Origin: Candidatus Nanosynbacter lyticus
GTDB taxonomy: Bacteria; Patescibacteriota; Saccharimonadia; Saccharimonadales; Saccharimonadaceae
Length of the DNA: 32,000 nucleotides
NCBI RefSeq assembly: GCF_030253515.1
Contig: NZ_CP124549.1
Span: 180,001 to 212,000, forward strand
Direction of reading: 5' to 3'
Below, one piece after another: positions 15,591-23,665 of this stretch (position 1 is its first letter; each line of letters begins with the position of its first letter). The notes below the pieces were generated by a model. That model ran no database searches. It was not told where the DNA came from and was given only the letters and a program-made list of their open reading frames with translations. The position numbers and the translations under genes were made by a program.

Positions 15591-16319
15591 ATGTCTGTAA
15601 CAGTAGACATGAAAGCTTTGTTTGAAGCTGGTGTTCATTTCGGGCACAAAACCAGTCGCTGGCACCCAAAGATGGCGCCATACATCCATTCAAAACGCCA
15701 GGATAGCCATATCATTGATTTGGCAAAGACAGCTGAGGCGCTAGAGAAGGCGCTGCCGGAGCTGACAAAAATCGCCGCTAGCGGTAAGAAGGTACTGTTC
15801 GTCGGTACGAAAAAGCAAGCTAAGGACGTGGTGCGCCAGGCGGCCGAGAGCATCAATCAGCCGTACGTGGTTGAGCGCTGGATCGGCGGTATGCTGACCA
15901 ACGGCGCAACAATCGCTCAGCAGATCAAGAAACTGAAGAACCTCGAGAAGCGGATGGCGTCGGGCGATCTGGAGAAGCGCTACAACAAGCTAGAGGTGCA
16001 GCGTTTCCAGGAGGAAATTGACAACCTGAATTTCAAGTACGGCGGTATTAAGAACTTGATGGGCAAGCCAGGCGCAGTGGTCGTGGTTGACGCACTGACC
16101 GATGCAAACGCAGTGCGCGAGGCGGAAGCCCTGGGCATCCCAGTATTTGCCGTGGTTGATACCAATGTCAATCCAACGGGCATCGACTATGTCATCCCGG
16201 GCAATGATGATGCGATCAAGAGCATCCAGCAGCTGCTTGACTACTTCACGGCAGCGGTAGCCGAGGGCGCGGGTAGCGTGAAGGCTGAAGAAAAACCAGT
16301 GAAAAAAGAGGAGAAATAG
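15591..16319 (+). CDS. rpsB: 30S ribosomal protein S2
   Basis: AGVHFGHKTSRWHPKM and ERWIGGMLTN motifs. Length 242 aa. Confidence 0.96.
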   Translation: MSVTVDMKALFEAGVHFGHKTSRWHPKMAPYIHSKRQDSHIIDLAKTAEALEKALPELTKIAASGKKVLFVGTKKQAKDVVRQAAESINQPYVVERWIGGMLTNGATIAQQIKKLKNLEKRMASGDLEKRYNKLEVQRFQEEIDNLNFKYGGIKNLMGKPGAVVVVDALTDANAVREAEALGIPVFAVVDTNVNPTGIDYVIPGNDDAIKSIQQLLDYFTAAVAEGAGSVKAEEKPVKKEEK

Positions 16320-16320
16320 G

Positions 16321-16917
16321 ATGGGAGTTTCAGTTGACGACATTAAAAAACTGCGCGAATTGACTGGCGTGGGCTTGACTGATGCAAAGAAGGCGCTGGT
16401 CGAGACTGATGGCGATTTTGACAAGGCGCTGGAGGCGATGCGTAAAAAAGGCCTAACCAAGGCCGAGAAAAAGGGCGACCGCGAGGCGCGTGAAGGCCTG
16501 ATTGAGAGCTATGTGCACTCGGGCCGAATTGGCGTGGTGGTTGAGGTGAACTGTGAAACCGACTTTGTGGCGCGGCTGGATGATTTTAAGACGTTGGCGC
16601 ACGAAATTGCTATGCAAATTGCAGCTATGAGTCCGAAGTATGTTTCTGAGGCGGATATTCCGGCTGAGGAAATGGAGCGGGTTAGGACAGAGCTAATGGC
16701 TAGCGAGGCGCTAGCAAGCAAGCCTGAAGAAATGCGCGAAAAAATTGTCGATGGTCAGTTAAAGAAGCATTTTATTGAGCAAGTGTTGCTGAGCCAGACG
16801 TATATCTTGGATGACTCTAAGACAGTTGAGCAGCACGTCAAGGAGGCGATCGCTAAACTGGGCGAGAACATCGTGGTGCGCCAGTTCAGGCGAATTGAGC
16901 TGGGCGTGAGCGAGTAG
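16321..16917 (+). CDS. tsf: Elongation factor Ts (short, 198-aa form)
   Basis: N-terminal LRELTGVGLTDAKKALVETDGDFDKALEAMRKKG and the VVEVNCETDFVAR motif. It follows rpsB directly. Confidence 0.94.
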   Translation: MGVSVDDIKKLRELTGVGLTDAKKALVETDGDFDKALEAMRKKGLTKAEKKGDREAREGLIESYVHSGRIGVVVEVNCETDFVARLDDFKTLAHEIAMQIAAMSPKYVSEADIPAEEMERVRTELMASEALASKPEEMREKIVDGQLKKHFIEQVLLSQTYILDDSKTVEQHVKEAIAKLGENIVVRQFRRIELGVSE

Positions 16918-17003
16918 CTCTGAGCTTATTCGGGTGTCGTTCATATCTAGCTAGACCCCTGGTGCTAGCATATTGATCCGTAAGGGTGTTAAGATTTTAT
17001 GTG

Positions 17004-17032
17004 TTGACGATATATTAAATCTGTGATAGTAT
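17004..17032 (+). promoter_or_regulatory. Promoter of the O4-O5 operon: TTGACG-17 nt-TAGTAT with extended -10 (TGaTAGTAT)
   Basis: TTGACG at 17004-17009 and TGaTAGTAT at 17024-17032. The -10 context GATAGTATA resembles GAGAGTATA of module copy B. Confidence 0.55.
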
Positions 17033-17087
17033 AAAGCACAGGATTAACTACAGTGATATTAAAACATATGAAGAATATGAGGTCTGT

Positions 17088-18488
17088 ATGCATAAAATGA
17101 GCCCTGAAAAAACACCCCACATTGGCCACATGATTGATGGGTGGGGGAGCCTCTCTGAAAAAGGGGCAGACTCTATTACTCCTAAACAGGATGGCCGTAA
17201 TGGGGTGATGGCTATTGAGACGACCACCGATAAAAATAATCGAAAGTTTGCAGAAATTCCTGGGTATAAAGAGATCCGCCGACAGATTATCGATAGTAAT
17301 GTATCTCATTCAGGGGAAACGGACGACTGGAGCGCTGCTGTGTTACCAGAGAGTAAGACTCAAGGATGGGTTGATCCGTTTGAGCAAACACCAGGTGGTC
17401 GTCGAGAGGCTTTGACAAAACGAATTGTTGGTGGCCTGAAGGGCTTAGGAGAAAAACTATCAAATCATGGCGGAGCGGCAAAGAGAAAGATTGGTGAAGT
17501 ATTCAATAAGGCAGCTGAGACTGGGAAGAGTCTAAAAGAGACTATCGATCAGGCTGCTCAGAGTGCTAAGGAGCGTCGTGCTGAACGCCGTCAGCAACGC
17601 GAGGAGGTTCGCAAGAACCGTGAAAATGAGTTGGCTACAAAAAGGCAGGAGCGTCAGGAGCGAACTCGGAAGCGCAAAGAGGCGGCAGGCGAACGCCGCA
17701 AGGCAGCCAGGAATGACAGAAAAGCTGAAGTTGAGGATTTGCGAAAAAGGGCTGGACTCAGAGAAGAGATTGTAGCCGTAGAAGGTAAGCAGAGGGGTGC
17801 TGATACAGAAATCGCTGAAACGAAAGCAGAGATTGAAGCAATGTCGAGTGGCGAACTGGCGAGCGCATTTGAACGGCTCACGGCGGCACGTGAGGCGTAC
17901 GAGAGCAGTAGACACCCAGTTGGTTCTCTCGAAAATAAACAACTGGCGTTAGCAGAAAGCATAGCAGAAAGTGCATGGCGAGTCGCCAGCGGTCAAGTCG
18001 AGATGCTCAAGCTTAGCTTGCAAGAGCTTGAGATGAAACGGCAAGGTCTTGAGAGTCAGCGCCAAGAGGCTCTTGATAAGATTCGTGAGATAAATGAGCA
18101 GCGAGGTGAGCGCATAACGGCTGCCAAAGAAAGGAAGGCGGCACGCCGCGCGGCGCGCCGGGAAAAGTGGGCCGCCGTGAAGGGAGCGGTTGATGATGGT
18201 TTTGAGTCTGTTGGTGAACGGGTTAGTGCTGCCGCTGATCGATTAGATGAGGTGGCTGGTCGTGCGACCGAGCGAATCGGTGAGATGCGTACTATCGCAG
18301 CGCAGCGACTGCGGGATATCGGTAGCTACCTATCACGTCCGTTTGCTTTCATGGGGCGTAAGACAAAAGAAACGCTCACGGCAACAGGTGACTTCACCCG
18401 ACGGTTCGGCAGGGCAGCGGTTGCAGGTCATATAGCGTTCACACAGGAGATGCAAAACCCGAATTCTAATGTAGGTGATAGAGTCTAA
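17088..18488 (+). CDS. Hypothetical 466-aa protein with a long Glu/Arg/Lys-rich helical (coiled-coil or single-alpha-helix-like) core (orphan O4)
   Basis: SD gagg lies 5 nt upstream. The central stretch reads ERRAERRQQREEVRKNRENELATKRQERQERTRKRKEAAGERRKAARNDRKAEVEDLRKR, followed by further Ala/Glu/Arg/Leu-rich helical sequence. There is no TM segment, signal peptide or catalytic motif. Confidence 0.6.
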   Translation: MHKMSPEKTPHIGHMIDGWGSLSEKGADSITPKQDGRNGVMAIETTTDKNNRKFAEIPGYKEIRRQIIDSNVSHSGETDDWSAAVLPESKTQGWVDPFEQTPGGRREALTKRIVGGLKGLGEKLSNHGGAAKRKIGEVFNKAAETGKSLKETIDQAAQSAKERRAERRQQREEVRKNRENELATKRQERQERTRKRKEAAGERRKAARNDRKAEVEDLRKRAGLREEIVAVEGKQRGADTEIAETKAEIEAMSSGELASAFERLTAAREAYESSRHPVGSLENKQLALAESIAESAWRVASGQVEMLKLSLQELEMKRQGLESQRQEALDKIREINEQRGERITAAKERKAARRAARREKWAAVKGAVDDGFESVGERVSAAADRLDEVAGRATERIGEMRTIAAQRLRDIGSYLSRPFAFMGRKTKETLTATGDFTRRFGRAAVAGHIAFTQEMQNPNSNVGDRV

Positions 18489-18572
18489 TCCTAACGAGAT
18501 AAATAGTAGGCAACTTGTTGAGGAAATTGATACGACGGTTGAGATAACTAATAAAATAAAAAAGGATAGTTT

Positions 18573-18935
18573 ATGAATAACGACAATACACCACAGGTTA
18601 ATCTTGATGAAGCGTTGATTACGGTCGGTCGGCTACGAGAGATGGGTATTAATCTGCCAGAACAGCAATTGCAAGAGTTGGCTGTTCACGTGCAAGATAC
18701 GATTAATGAGCGGATTGGCGAGGAGGCTGTAGAGTCTCTAACAGGTGAACAGCTGGAAGAATTAATCACAATGCAGGATAATGGTGCACCGGGCGATCAG
18801 ATTAGTGAGTGGTTGCGTACACGAGTACCGGATTACGAGCAAATAGTTGAAGATAATACTATGATTGTACTTGGCGAAGTCGCCGATGACATTGATGCAA
18901 TTCAACAACCAAAACCTGAAGCCGAGCGAGAGTGA
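18573..18935 (+). CDS. Small acidic protein, 120 aa (orphan O5), possibly related to the Patescibacteria DUF5663 family
   Basis: The pattern LPEQQLQELAVHVQDTINERIGEEAVESLTGEQLEELITMQD...ISEWLRTRVPDYEQIV resembles DUF5663-type proteins as I recall them, but this has not been searched. It is probably co-transcribed with O4. Confidence 0.5.
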   Translation: MNNDNTPQVNLDEALITVGRLREMGINLPEQQLQELAVHVQDTINERIGEEAVESLTGEQLEELITMQDNGAPGDQISEWLRTRVPDYEQIVEDNTMIVLGEVADDIDAIQQPKPEAERE

Positions 18936-18967
18936 ATAATATCGTCACGCTTAGCTTAGCATAATAC

Positions 18968-18991
18968 ATCCCGCCAAAATGGCGGGATTTT
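18968..18991. terminator. Hairpin terminator between the convergent O5 and recF genes
   Basis: ATCCCGCCA (18968-18976) pairs with TGGCGGGAT (18980-18988), followed by TTTT on the + strand. The T run overlaps the recF stop codon. Confidence 0.7.
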
Positions 18992-20045
18992 AGCGCGTTG
19001 AGACTATCAAACAATCATCCCTCTGGTGGCGGGCGTCAGTGGTGGTGACGATGAATTGATGATGTTGGATGGTCTCTTGGAGGAGCTTTTCGCGAGTGGC
19101 ATCTAGTTCAGAAAACACATCATCCAGGAGGATGAGCGGCCGTGATTGACTGATTTTCGTTTGCAGTTCCAGCTCGAGCAGCTTGAAAGCCAGCATAATG
19201 GTGCGCATTTCGCCGCGCGAGGCGACTTTGATGGCCGGCTGGCTGTGGAGGAAAATCGTAAAATCCTCGCGGTGTGGGCCGGCCGAAGTATGGCCTGTAG
19301 CGATCTCATAGTCGCGAGCACGCTGTAGGCGGTCGAGAAGTGCTTGTTCGTATCGATCAAGCGATGTACTGGCTTGATAGGTGGCTGCAAAAGCTGTTTC
19401 GTGTCCCGCCAGCGCTGCATATAAACTACTCAGCGCCGCCTCGTGTTTAGCTAGGAATGTGGCACGGGCTTGGGCAATGTGGGTCGCTAACTGGACGAAC
19501 TTAATATCCCAGGCAAAGAGATGATCACGCCAGTTTTGGGTCGTCTCGCGGGGGTGTTTGAGTAGTTCATTGCGCTGCAGCAAGGTTCGATGAAAGGCAC
19601 GGAGCGTGGCTTCGTATTGAGCATCCAGCCGAGATAATATACCGTCCAGAAAATCCCGCCGCCGCGATGGCGAGGAAGAGATGAGTCGTAGCTCGCTCGG
19701 TTCAAACAGAACGACCGGCAGGCGATGTTTGCGGGGGAGGAGCTTGCTGCGACTATCGTTAATCGTGAACTCTTTATTTATCGTGCCGTCGGCTGTGCGG
19801 AGCAGCTGGAGGCGCCGAGAGGCATTGTCGGTTTCGAGGTGGATGATGGTTTGCGTTTGGTCGTGCTGCATGCAATCAGCAAGGCTGCCACGAAAGCTGC
19901 TGCCGCGGAGGGCGACGTATATCGCTTCGAGCAAGTTTGTCTTGCCGGTGCCGTTTGGTCCAACGATGACGGTGCCACCTGGCGCCAGTGTCGTCTCATA
20001 GAGGCCATAGGAGCGAAAATGATATAGCTTAATGTGTGTTATCAC
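18990..20045 (-). CDS. recF: DNA replication and repair protein RecF
   Basis: The N-terminus IKLYHFRSY, Walker A GPNGTGKTNLLEA, signature ASRGEMRT, and Walker B LILLDDVFSELD. GTG start. Confidence 0.9.
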   Translation of the reverse strand: MITHIKLYHFRSYGLYETTLAPGGTVIVGPNGTGKTNLLEAIYVALRGSSFRGSLADCMQHDQTQTIIHLETDNASRRLQLLRTADGTINKEFTINDSRSKLLPRKHRLPVVLFEPSELRLISSSPSRRRDFLDGILSRLDAQYEATLRAFHRTLLQRNELLKHPRETTQNWRDHLFAWDIKFVQLATHIAQARATFLAKHEAALSSLYAALAGHETAFAATYQASTSLDRYEQALLDRLQRARDYEIATGHTSAGPHREDFTIFLHSQPAIKVASRGEMRTIMLAFKLLELELQTKISQSRPLILLDDVFSELDATREKLLQETIQHHQFIVTTTDARHQRDDCLIVSTR

Positions 20046-20053
20046 TGATGATA

Positions 20054-20062
20054 ATTATATCA
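20054..20062 (-). promoter_or_regulatory. Extended -10 TGaTATAAT 8 nt upstream of the recF GTG. Its TGA is the stop codon of O6.
   Basis: The minus strand reads gcgTGaTATAATtatcatcaGTG. Confidence 0.45.
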
Positions 20063-20713
20063 CGCGGCTTCTGGCGGGGTTAGTTCCGCATAGGGATCGG
20101 CTACCCGTCGGAGATTTTTTTGATCCTCTGGATTGATGAGTTCTGGATGAGAGAGAATGCTGTGTTTGATGTGGGTTTCATGCAGCGAAAGTGGACGTTG
20201 CATGTTTCTATATTCGGGCGGTAGGTCTTGCTCGCTACCACTAGTAATATCGTTTTCGATGACACATTCCCATGTGTCGGGCGCGCTCTCGATGAGCTCG
20301 ACATGGTGAGTGCCGGTGACGCCCAGGTAATCAATAGGTACTGGCGGAAATTCGATGGTTGCTCGTGGTGTTTCTGGGTGCTCCTCCATATACCAGACTT
20401 CCGCGCGGCGGACGGTGAATTCCTGTCCCTCGTATCTAACTTTTACGGTCTTGAAGCCGTCGGAGCGTTCTTTGTCGGCATCAAGAGTGTCGTTGTTTTC
20501 AGCGGCGATCACGGTAGCCTCATCAAAGAATTGATTACTCTCGTCTTGGTCGCCTGGTGTTTTCACGTCGCCAGTAGGCTCGTTGATACCATCCGGGAGA
20601 TTACCGTAAAGGTCTGCATTATAGCCACTGTTGCGTGCTGCAATTTCCTCAGGGTTAAGCGGCGGCTCTTTCGTCTCATCAGTTCGCTTTAGTCGCTCAA
20701 TATCGTAGGCCAT
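20060..20713 (-). CDS. Hypothetical acidic protein, 217 aa (orphan O6)
   Basis: It has its own promoter (next feature). The N-terminal third is Pro/Asp/Glu-rich and low in complexity, followed by a likely globular C-terminal part. No recognisable motif. Confidence 0.55.
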   Translation of the reverse strand: MAYDIERLKRTDETKEPPLNPEEIAARNSGYNADLYGNLPDGINEPTGDVKTPGDQDESNQFFDEATVIAAENNDTLDADKERSDGFKTVKVRYEGQEFTVRRAEVWYMEEHPETPRATIEFPPVPIDYLGVTGTHHVELIESAPDTWECVIENDITSGSEQDLPPEYRNMQRPLSLHETHIKHSILSHPELINPEDQKNLRRVADPYAELTPPEAA

Positions 20714-20750
20714 CTTCTAAGTTTCTGTTTAGTTATACGTTAACGTTTTG

Positions 20751-20779
20751 ATTTTAGCATGAATGTTTGGATAAGTCAA
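20751..20779 (-). promoter_or_regulatory. O6 promoter: TTGACT-17 nt-TAAAAT with extended -10 (TGcTAAAAT)
   Basis: The minus strand reads cTTGACTtatccaaacattcaTGcTAAAAT, followed by a ~30-nt leader. Confidence 0.55.
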
Positions 20780-20801
20780 GCAGACAACCTTGCCACTAGT
20801 C

Positions 20802-20810
20802 TGTTATAAT
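20802..20810 (+). promoter_or_regulatory. Extended -10 TGtTATAAT for frr
   Basis: Sequence reads tcTGtTATAATgg, followed by a leader with SD gggagg before ATG 20835. Confidence 0.5.
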
Positions 20811-20834
20811 GGATGACAGATAACGGGAGGAAAT

Positions 20835-21389
20835 ATGTTTGACACACAACCATATGAGGATAAAATGGCGCAGGCGTTTAGTCATTTTCAGGATGAGCTG
20901 AAAAAGGTACGGACAGGCCGGGCGCATGCTGGGATGCTGGATGGCGTGATGGTGGAGGCGTACGGGGCGCGGATGCCGCTCAATCAGGTGGCAAATGTGA
21001 CAGCACCGGAGGCGCAGATGCTACTGGTGACGCCGTTTGATCCGAGTAATATTACGGCAATTTCGGCAGCGATTCGCGACAACCAGAGTTTGGGCTTTAA
21101 TCCGTCTGATGACGGCCGGGTGGTGCGCGTGCCGGTGCCAGCGCTGACCGAGGAGCGCCGCAAGCAATTAGTCAAGCAAGTTAGCGAAAAGGTCGAAGAA
21201 GCGCGGATCGCTATGCGGACGATTCGCCAGGACGCGCTGAAGGATGCCAAGCGGATGAAGGATGCCAAAGAGCTCGGCGAGGATGATTATAAGCGAGTTG
21301 AGAAAGAGATTGACGCGCTGATGAGTAAGGTGCAGGTGCAAATTGACGAGGCGTTTAAAGCTAAAGAAAAGGATGTGTTAACGGTTTGA
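20835..21389 (+). CDS. frr: Ribosome recycling factor
   Basis: The segment ELKKVRTGRAHAGMLDGVMVEAYG and the length of 184 aa are typical of RRF. Confidence 0.95.
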   Translation: MFDTQPYEDKMAQAFSHFQDELKKVRTGRAHAGMLDGVMVEAYGARMPLNQVANVTAPEAQMLLVTPFDPSNITAISAAIRDNQSLGFNPSDDGRVVRVPVPALTEERRKQLVKQVSEKVEEARIAMRTIRQDALKDAKRMKDAKELGEDDYKRVEKEIDALMSKVQVQIDEAFKAKEKDVLTV

Positions 21390-21805
21390 TGAATCAGACG
21401 TTTGCTGAGCGCGTGAAAGAGTTAGGGTTGCCACTGGATCAGGTTATTATCATTGGCAGCGGTATTTTGGATCAATTAGGAATCCGCCAGTCTGCCGATA
21501 TTGACGTGGCGACTAATCGAGAGGCGTTAGAAGAAATCGCTCGTAGCGATGGCTGGGTCGAAAAGCTTGATAAAAATCAACGCCAGTATTTGGTGAAGTA
21601 TGATGGATCGGTCGAGATCTGGGATGGCTGGGAGATTGATGGGCGAATTGTTGAGTATGGCGAGCTGCTGTACTACGCGGTGGAATATGACGGTGTGAAG
21701 TTTGTTAATCTAGATTTTCTGCGGCGCTGGAAAAACTGGCGCGGGCGCGAAAAAGATATCCAGGATGTGAGGTTGATTGATGAGTGGAGGGCGAAACATG
21801 AGTGA
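21389..21805 (+). CDS. Small nucleotidyltransferase-fold (Pol-beta superfamily-like) protein, ~138 aa
   Basis: IIIGSGILDQLGIRQSADIDV fits the minimal NTase pattern G[SG]-x(9-13)-DxD. The ATG overlaps the frr stop (TGATG) and the 3' end overlaps the uppS start by 8 nt. Confidence 0.5.
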   Translation: MNQTFAERVKELGLPLDQVIIIGSGILDQLGIRQSADIDVATNREALEEIARSDGWVEKLDKNQRQYLVKYDGSVEIWDGWEIDGRIVEYGELLYYAVEYDGVKFVNLDFLRRWKNWRGREKDIQDVRLIDEWRAKHE

Positions 21806-22493
21806 AAAAACAGAATTGCCGAGGCACGTTGGTTTTATCGTTGACGGTAATCGTCGCTGGGCGAAGCAGCACGGGCTGCCGGCTTATGAGGGGCACTTGG
21901 CGGGATACAACAGCCTGAAGGATGTGCTACTGGAGACGTTGCGCCGTGGCGTCAAGTATGCGAGTGCGTATGTGTTCAGTACAGAAAATTGGAAGCGCTC
22001 CGAGGAGGAGGTCGGGCATTTGATGGGTCTGCTGCTCAAGGTGCTGGAGTCAGACGTGCCAATATTTTTGGAGCATAATGTGCGGATGCGGGTGATTGGC
22101 TCACGCGAGGGGCTGTCAGAGACCTTACGAAAAGCGATTGAGCGCGCCGAGGAGCGAACGCGGAATTTGACGGGCGGCGAGCTGCTTTTGTGTCTTAACT
22201 ACGGCGGACATTTAGAAATTGCCGACGCAGTTAAAAAAATTGTTCAGTCGGGCGTGACAGCCGAAGACGTGACGCCAGAACTGATCGCTCAGAACTTGTA
22301 TGCACCGGAAGTGCCGCCATGTGACCTCATCGTGCGAACAAGCGGCGAACAGCGATTGAGTAATTTCATGCTGTGGCGGGCGGCATACAGTGAGCTAATG
22401 TTCATCGAGAAAAACTGGCCGGACATGACGATAAAAGATGTGGAGTTCATTCTGGAGGAGTACAAAAAACGTAATCGGCGCTTTGGAGGGTAA
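21798..22493 (+). CDS. uppS: Undecaprenyl (isoprenyl) diphosphate synthase
   Basis: HVGFIVDGNRRWA and RTSGEQRLSNFMLWRAAYSE motifs. SD ggaggg lies 6 nt before ATG 21798, which I prefer to the upstream ATG 21777. Confidence 0.92.
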   Translation: MSEKTELPRHVGFIVDGNRRWAKQHGLPAYEGHLAGYNSLKDVLLETLRRGVKYASAYVFSTENWKRSEEEVGHLMGLLLKVLESDVPIFLEHNVRMRVIGSREGLSETLRKAIERAEERTRNLTGGELLLCLNYGGHLEIADAVKKIVQSGVTAEDVTPELIAQNLYAPEVPPCDLIVRTSGEQRLSNFMLWRAAYSELMFIEKNWPDMTIKDVEFILEEYKKRNRRFGG

Positions 22494-22495
22494 TA

Positions 22496-23662
22496 ATGGT
22501 GTTCATTGGAATTTTGGTTGGGCTGATCATACTGGTTTTGCTGGTGGTGGTGCACGAATTGGGTCACGCGATCGTGGCGCGGCGTAACGGTGTGGTGGTT
22601 GAAGAATTTGGTATCGGCTTTCCGCCAGCTGCAAAAAAATGGCGGCCTAAAACGAGCTTTCTCGGCAAGAATGTGGTGTTTAGTCTAAACTGGCTGCCGC
22701 TCGGCGGGTTCGTCAAACTGAAGGGCGAATACGATTCTGCCGAAGGCGCGGGAACGTATGGCGGCGCTACTTTTTGGGTAAAGACCAAGATTTTGCTAGC
22801 CGGCGTGATGATGAATTGGCTGACGGCTGCCCTGTTATTCATGATATTGGCGCTGGTGGGGATGCCAAAAATTTTACCACAGCAAGCGGTGCTGCCGTTT
22901 GATTCACGGGTGGAGCGTTCAGCGCTGACGGTGGCGCGAGTGACGCCAGGTTCGCCAGCGGAGAAAGTTGGCCTTCAGCGTGGCGATGAGGTGCGAAAGA
23001 TCGGCGATCGCAGCGTGACAACACCGGCGGAGCTGTTGGCAGCCACGAAGGCGCAGGCTGGTCGTGAGGTGACGATTGAGCTGGTGCGCAGCGGTCAGAT
23101 GTTCACCAAGCAGGTCAAATTGCAAACTGCTGAGCAAGCAAAGAATGGCGGCTATCTCGGCGTCGGCCCGCAACAGACGGAAACGATTCACAGTACCTGG
23201 TCGGCGCCAATCGCAGCAGTGGTGACTACGGGGCAATTGACGTATGAGACGGTGGCGGGCGTTGGCTCGATCCTCATAAAAACGATCAACGGGACGATCG
23301 GGCAATTAGTTGGCTCACCAGAATCTCGCCAGGCGGCCAAGGCTGATCTGGCGGCGGTTGGTGAAAGTGTGGCCGGTCCGGTTGGCATCCTGGGTGTGCT
23401 GTTTCCGTCAGTGCTGAGTTCTGGCTTGACGCAAATTTTACTACTGGCGGCGATCATCTCGTTGACGCTAGCGGTGATGAATGTACTGCCAATTCCGGCA
23501 CTGGACGGCGGGCGGTGGTTTACGATGGCAGGCTTTAAATTATTTAAGAAAAAATTGACCAAAGAGCGTGAGGAAACGATTCAGGGCATCGGCTTTCTGG
23601 TGCTAATGGCACTGACGGTTTTAGTGACATGGAGTGATATTGCGAAAGTATTAAGGGGATAA
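22496..23662 (+). CDS. rseP: RseP/RasP-type M50 site-2 intramembrane metalloprotease with a PDZ domain
   Basis: HELGHA zinc motif, NVLPIPALDGG motif, and a PDZ-like segment VTPGSPAEKVGLQRGDEVRKIG. Confidence 0.9.
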   Translation: MVFIGILVGLIILVLLVVVHELGHAIVARRNGVVVEEFGIGFPPAAKKWRPKTSFLGKNVVFSLNWLPLGGFVKLKGEYDSAEGAGTYGGATFWVKTKILLAGVMMNWLTAALLFMILALVGMPKILPQQAVLPFDSRVERSALTVARVTPGSPAEKVGLQRGDEVRKIGDRSVTTPAELLAATKAQAGREVTIELVRSGQMFTKQVKLQTAEQAKNGGYLGVGPQQTETIHSTWSAPIAAVVTTGQLTYETVAGVGSILIKTINGTIGQLVGSPESRQAAKADLAAVGESVAGPVGILGVLFPSVLSSGLTQILLLAAIISLTLAVMNVLPIPALDGGRWFTMAGFKLFKKKLTKEREETIQGIGFLVLMALTVLVTWSDIAKVLRG

Positions 23663-23665
23663 AAC

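Noticed and set aside
17068-17100. A 10-codon upstream ORF (MKNMRSVCIK) overlapping the O4 start out of frame.
   Set aside because: It has no SD and is very short. It cannot be told apart from a chance ATG in an A/T-rich leader. It would be worth revisiting only if ribosome profiling shows occupancy.
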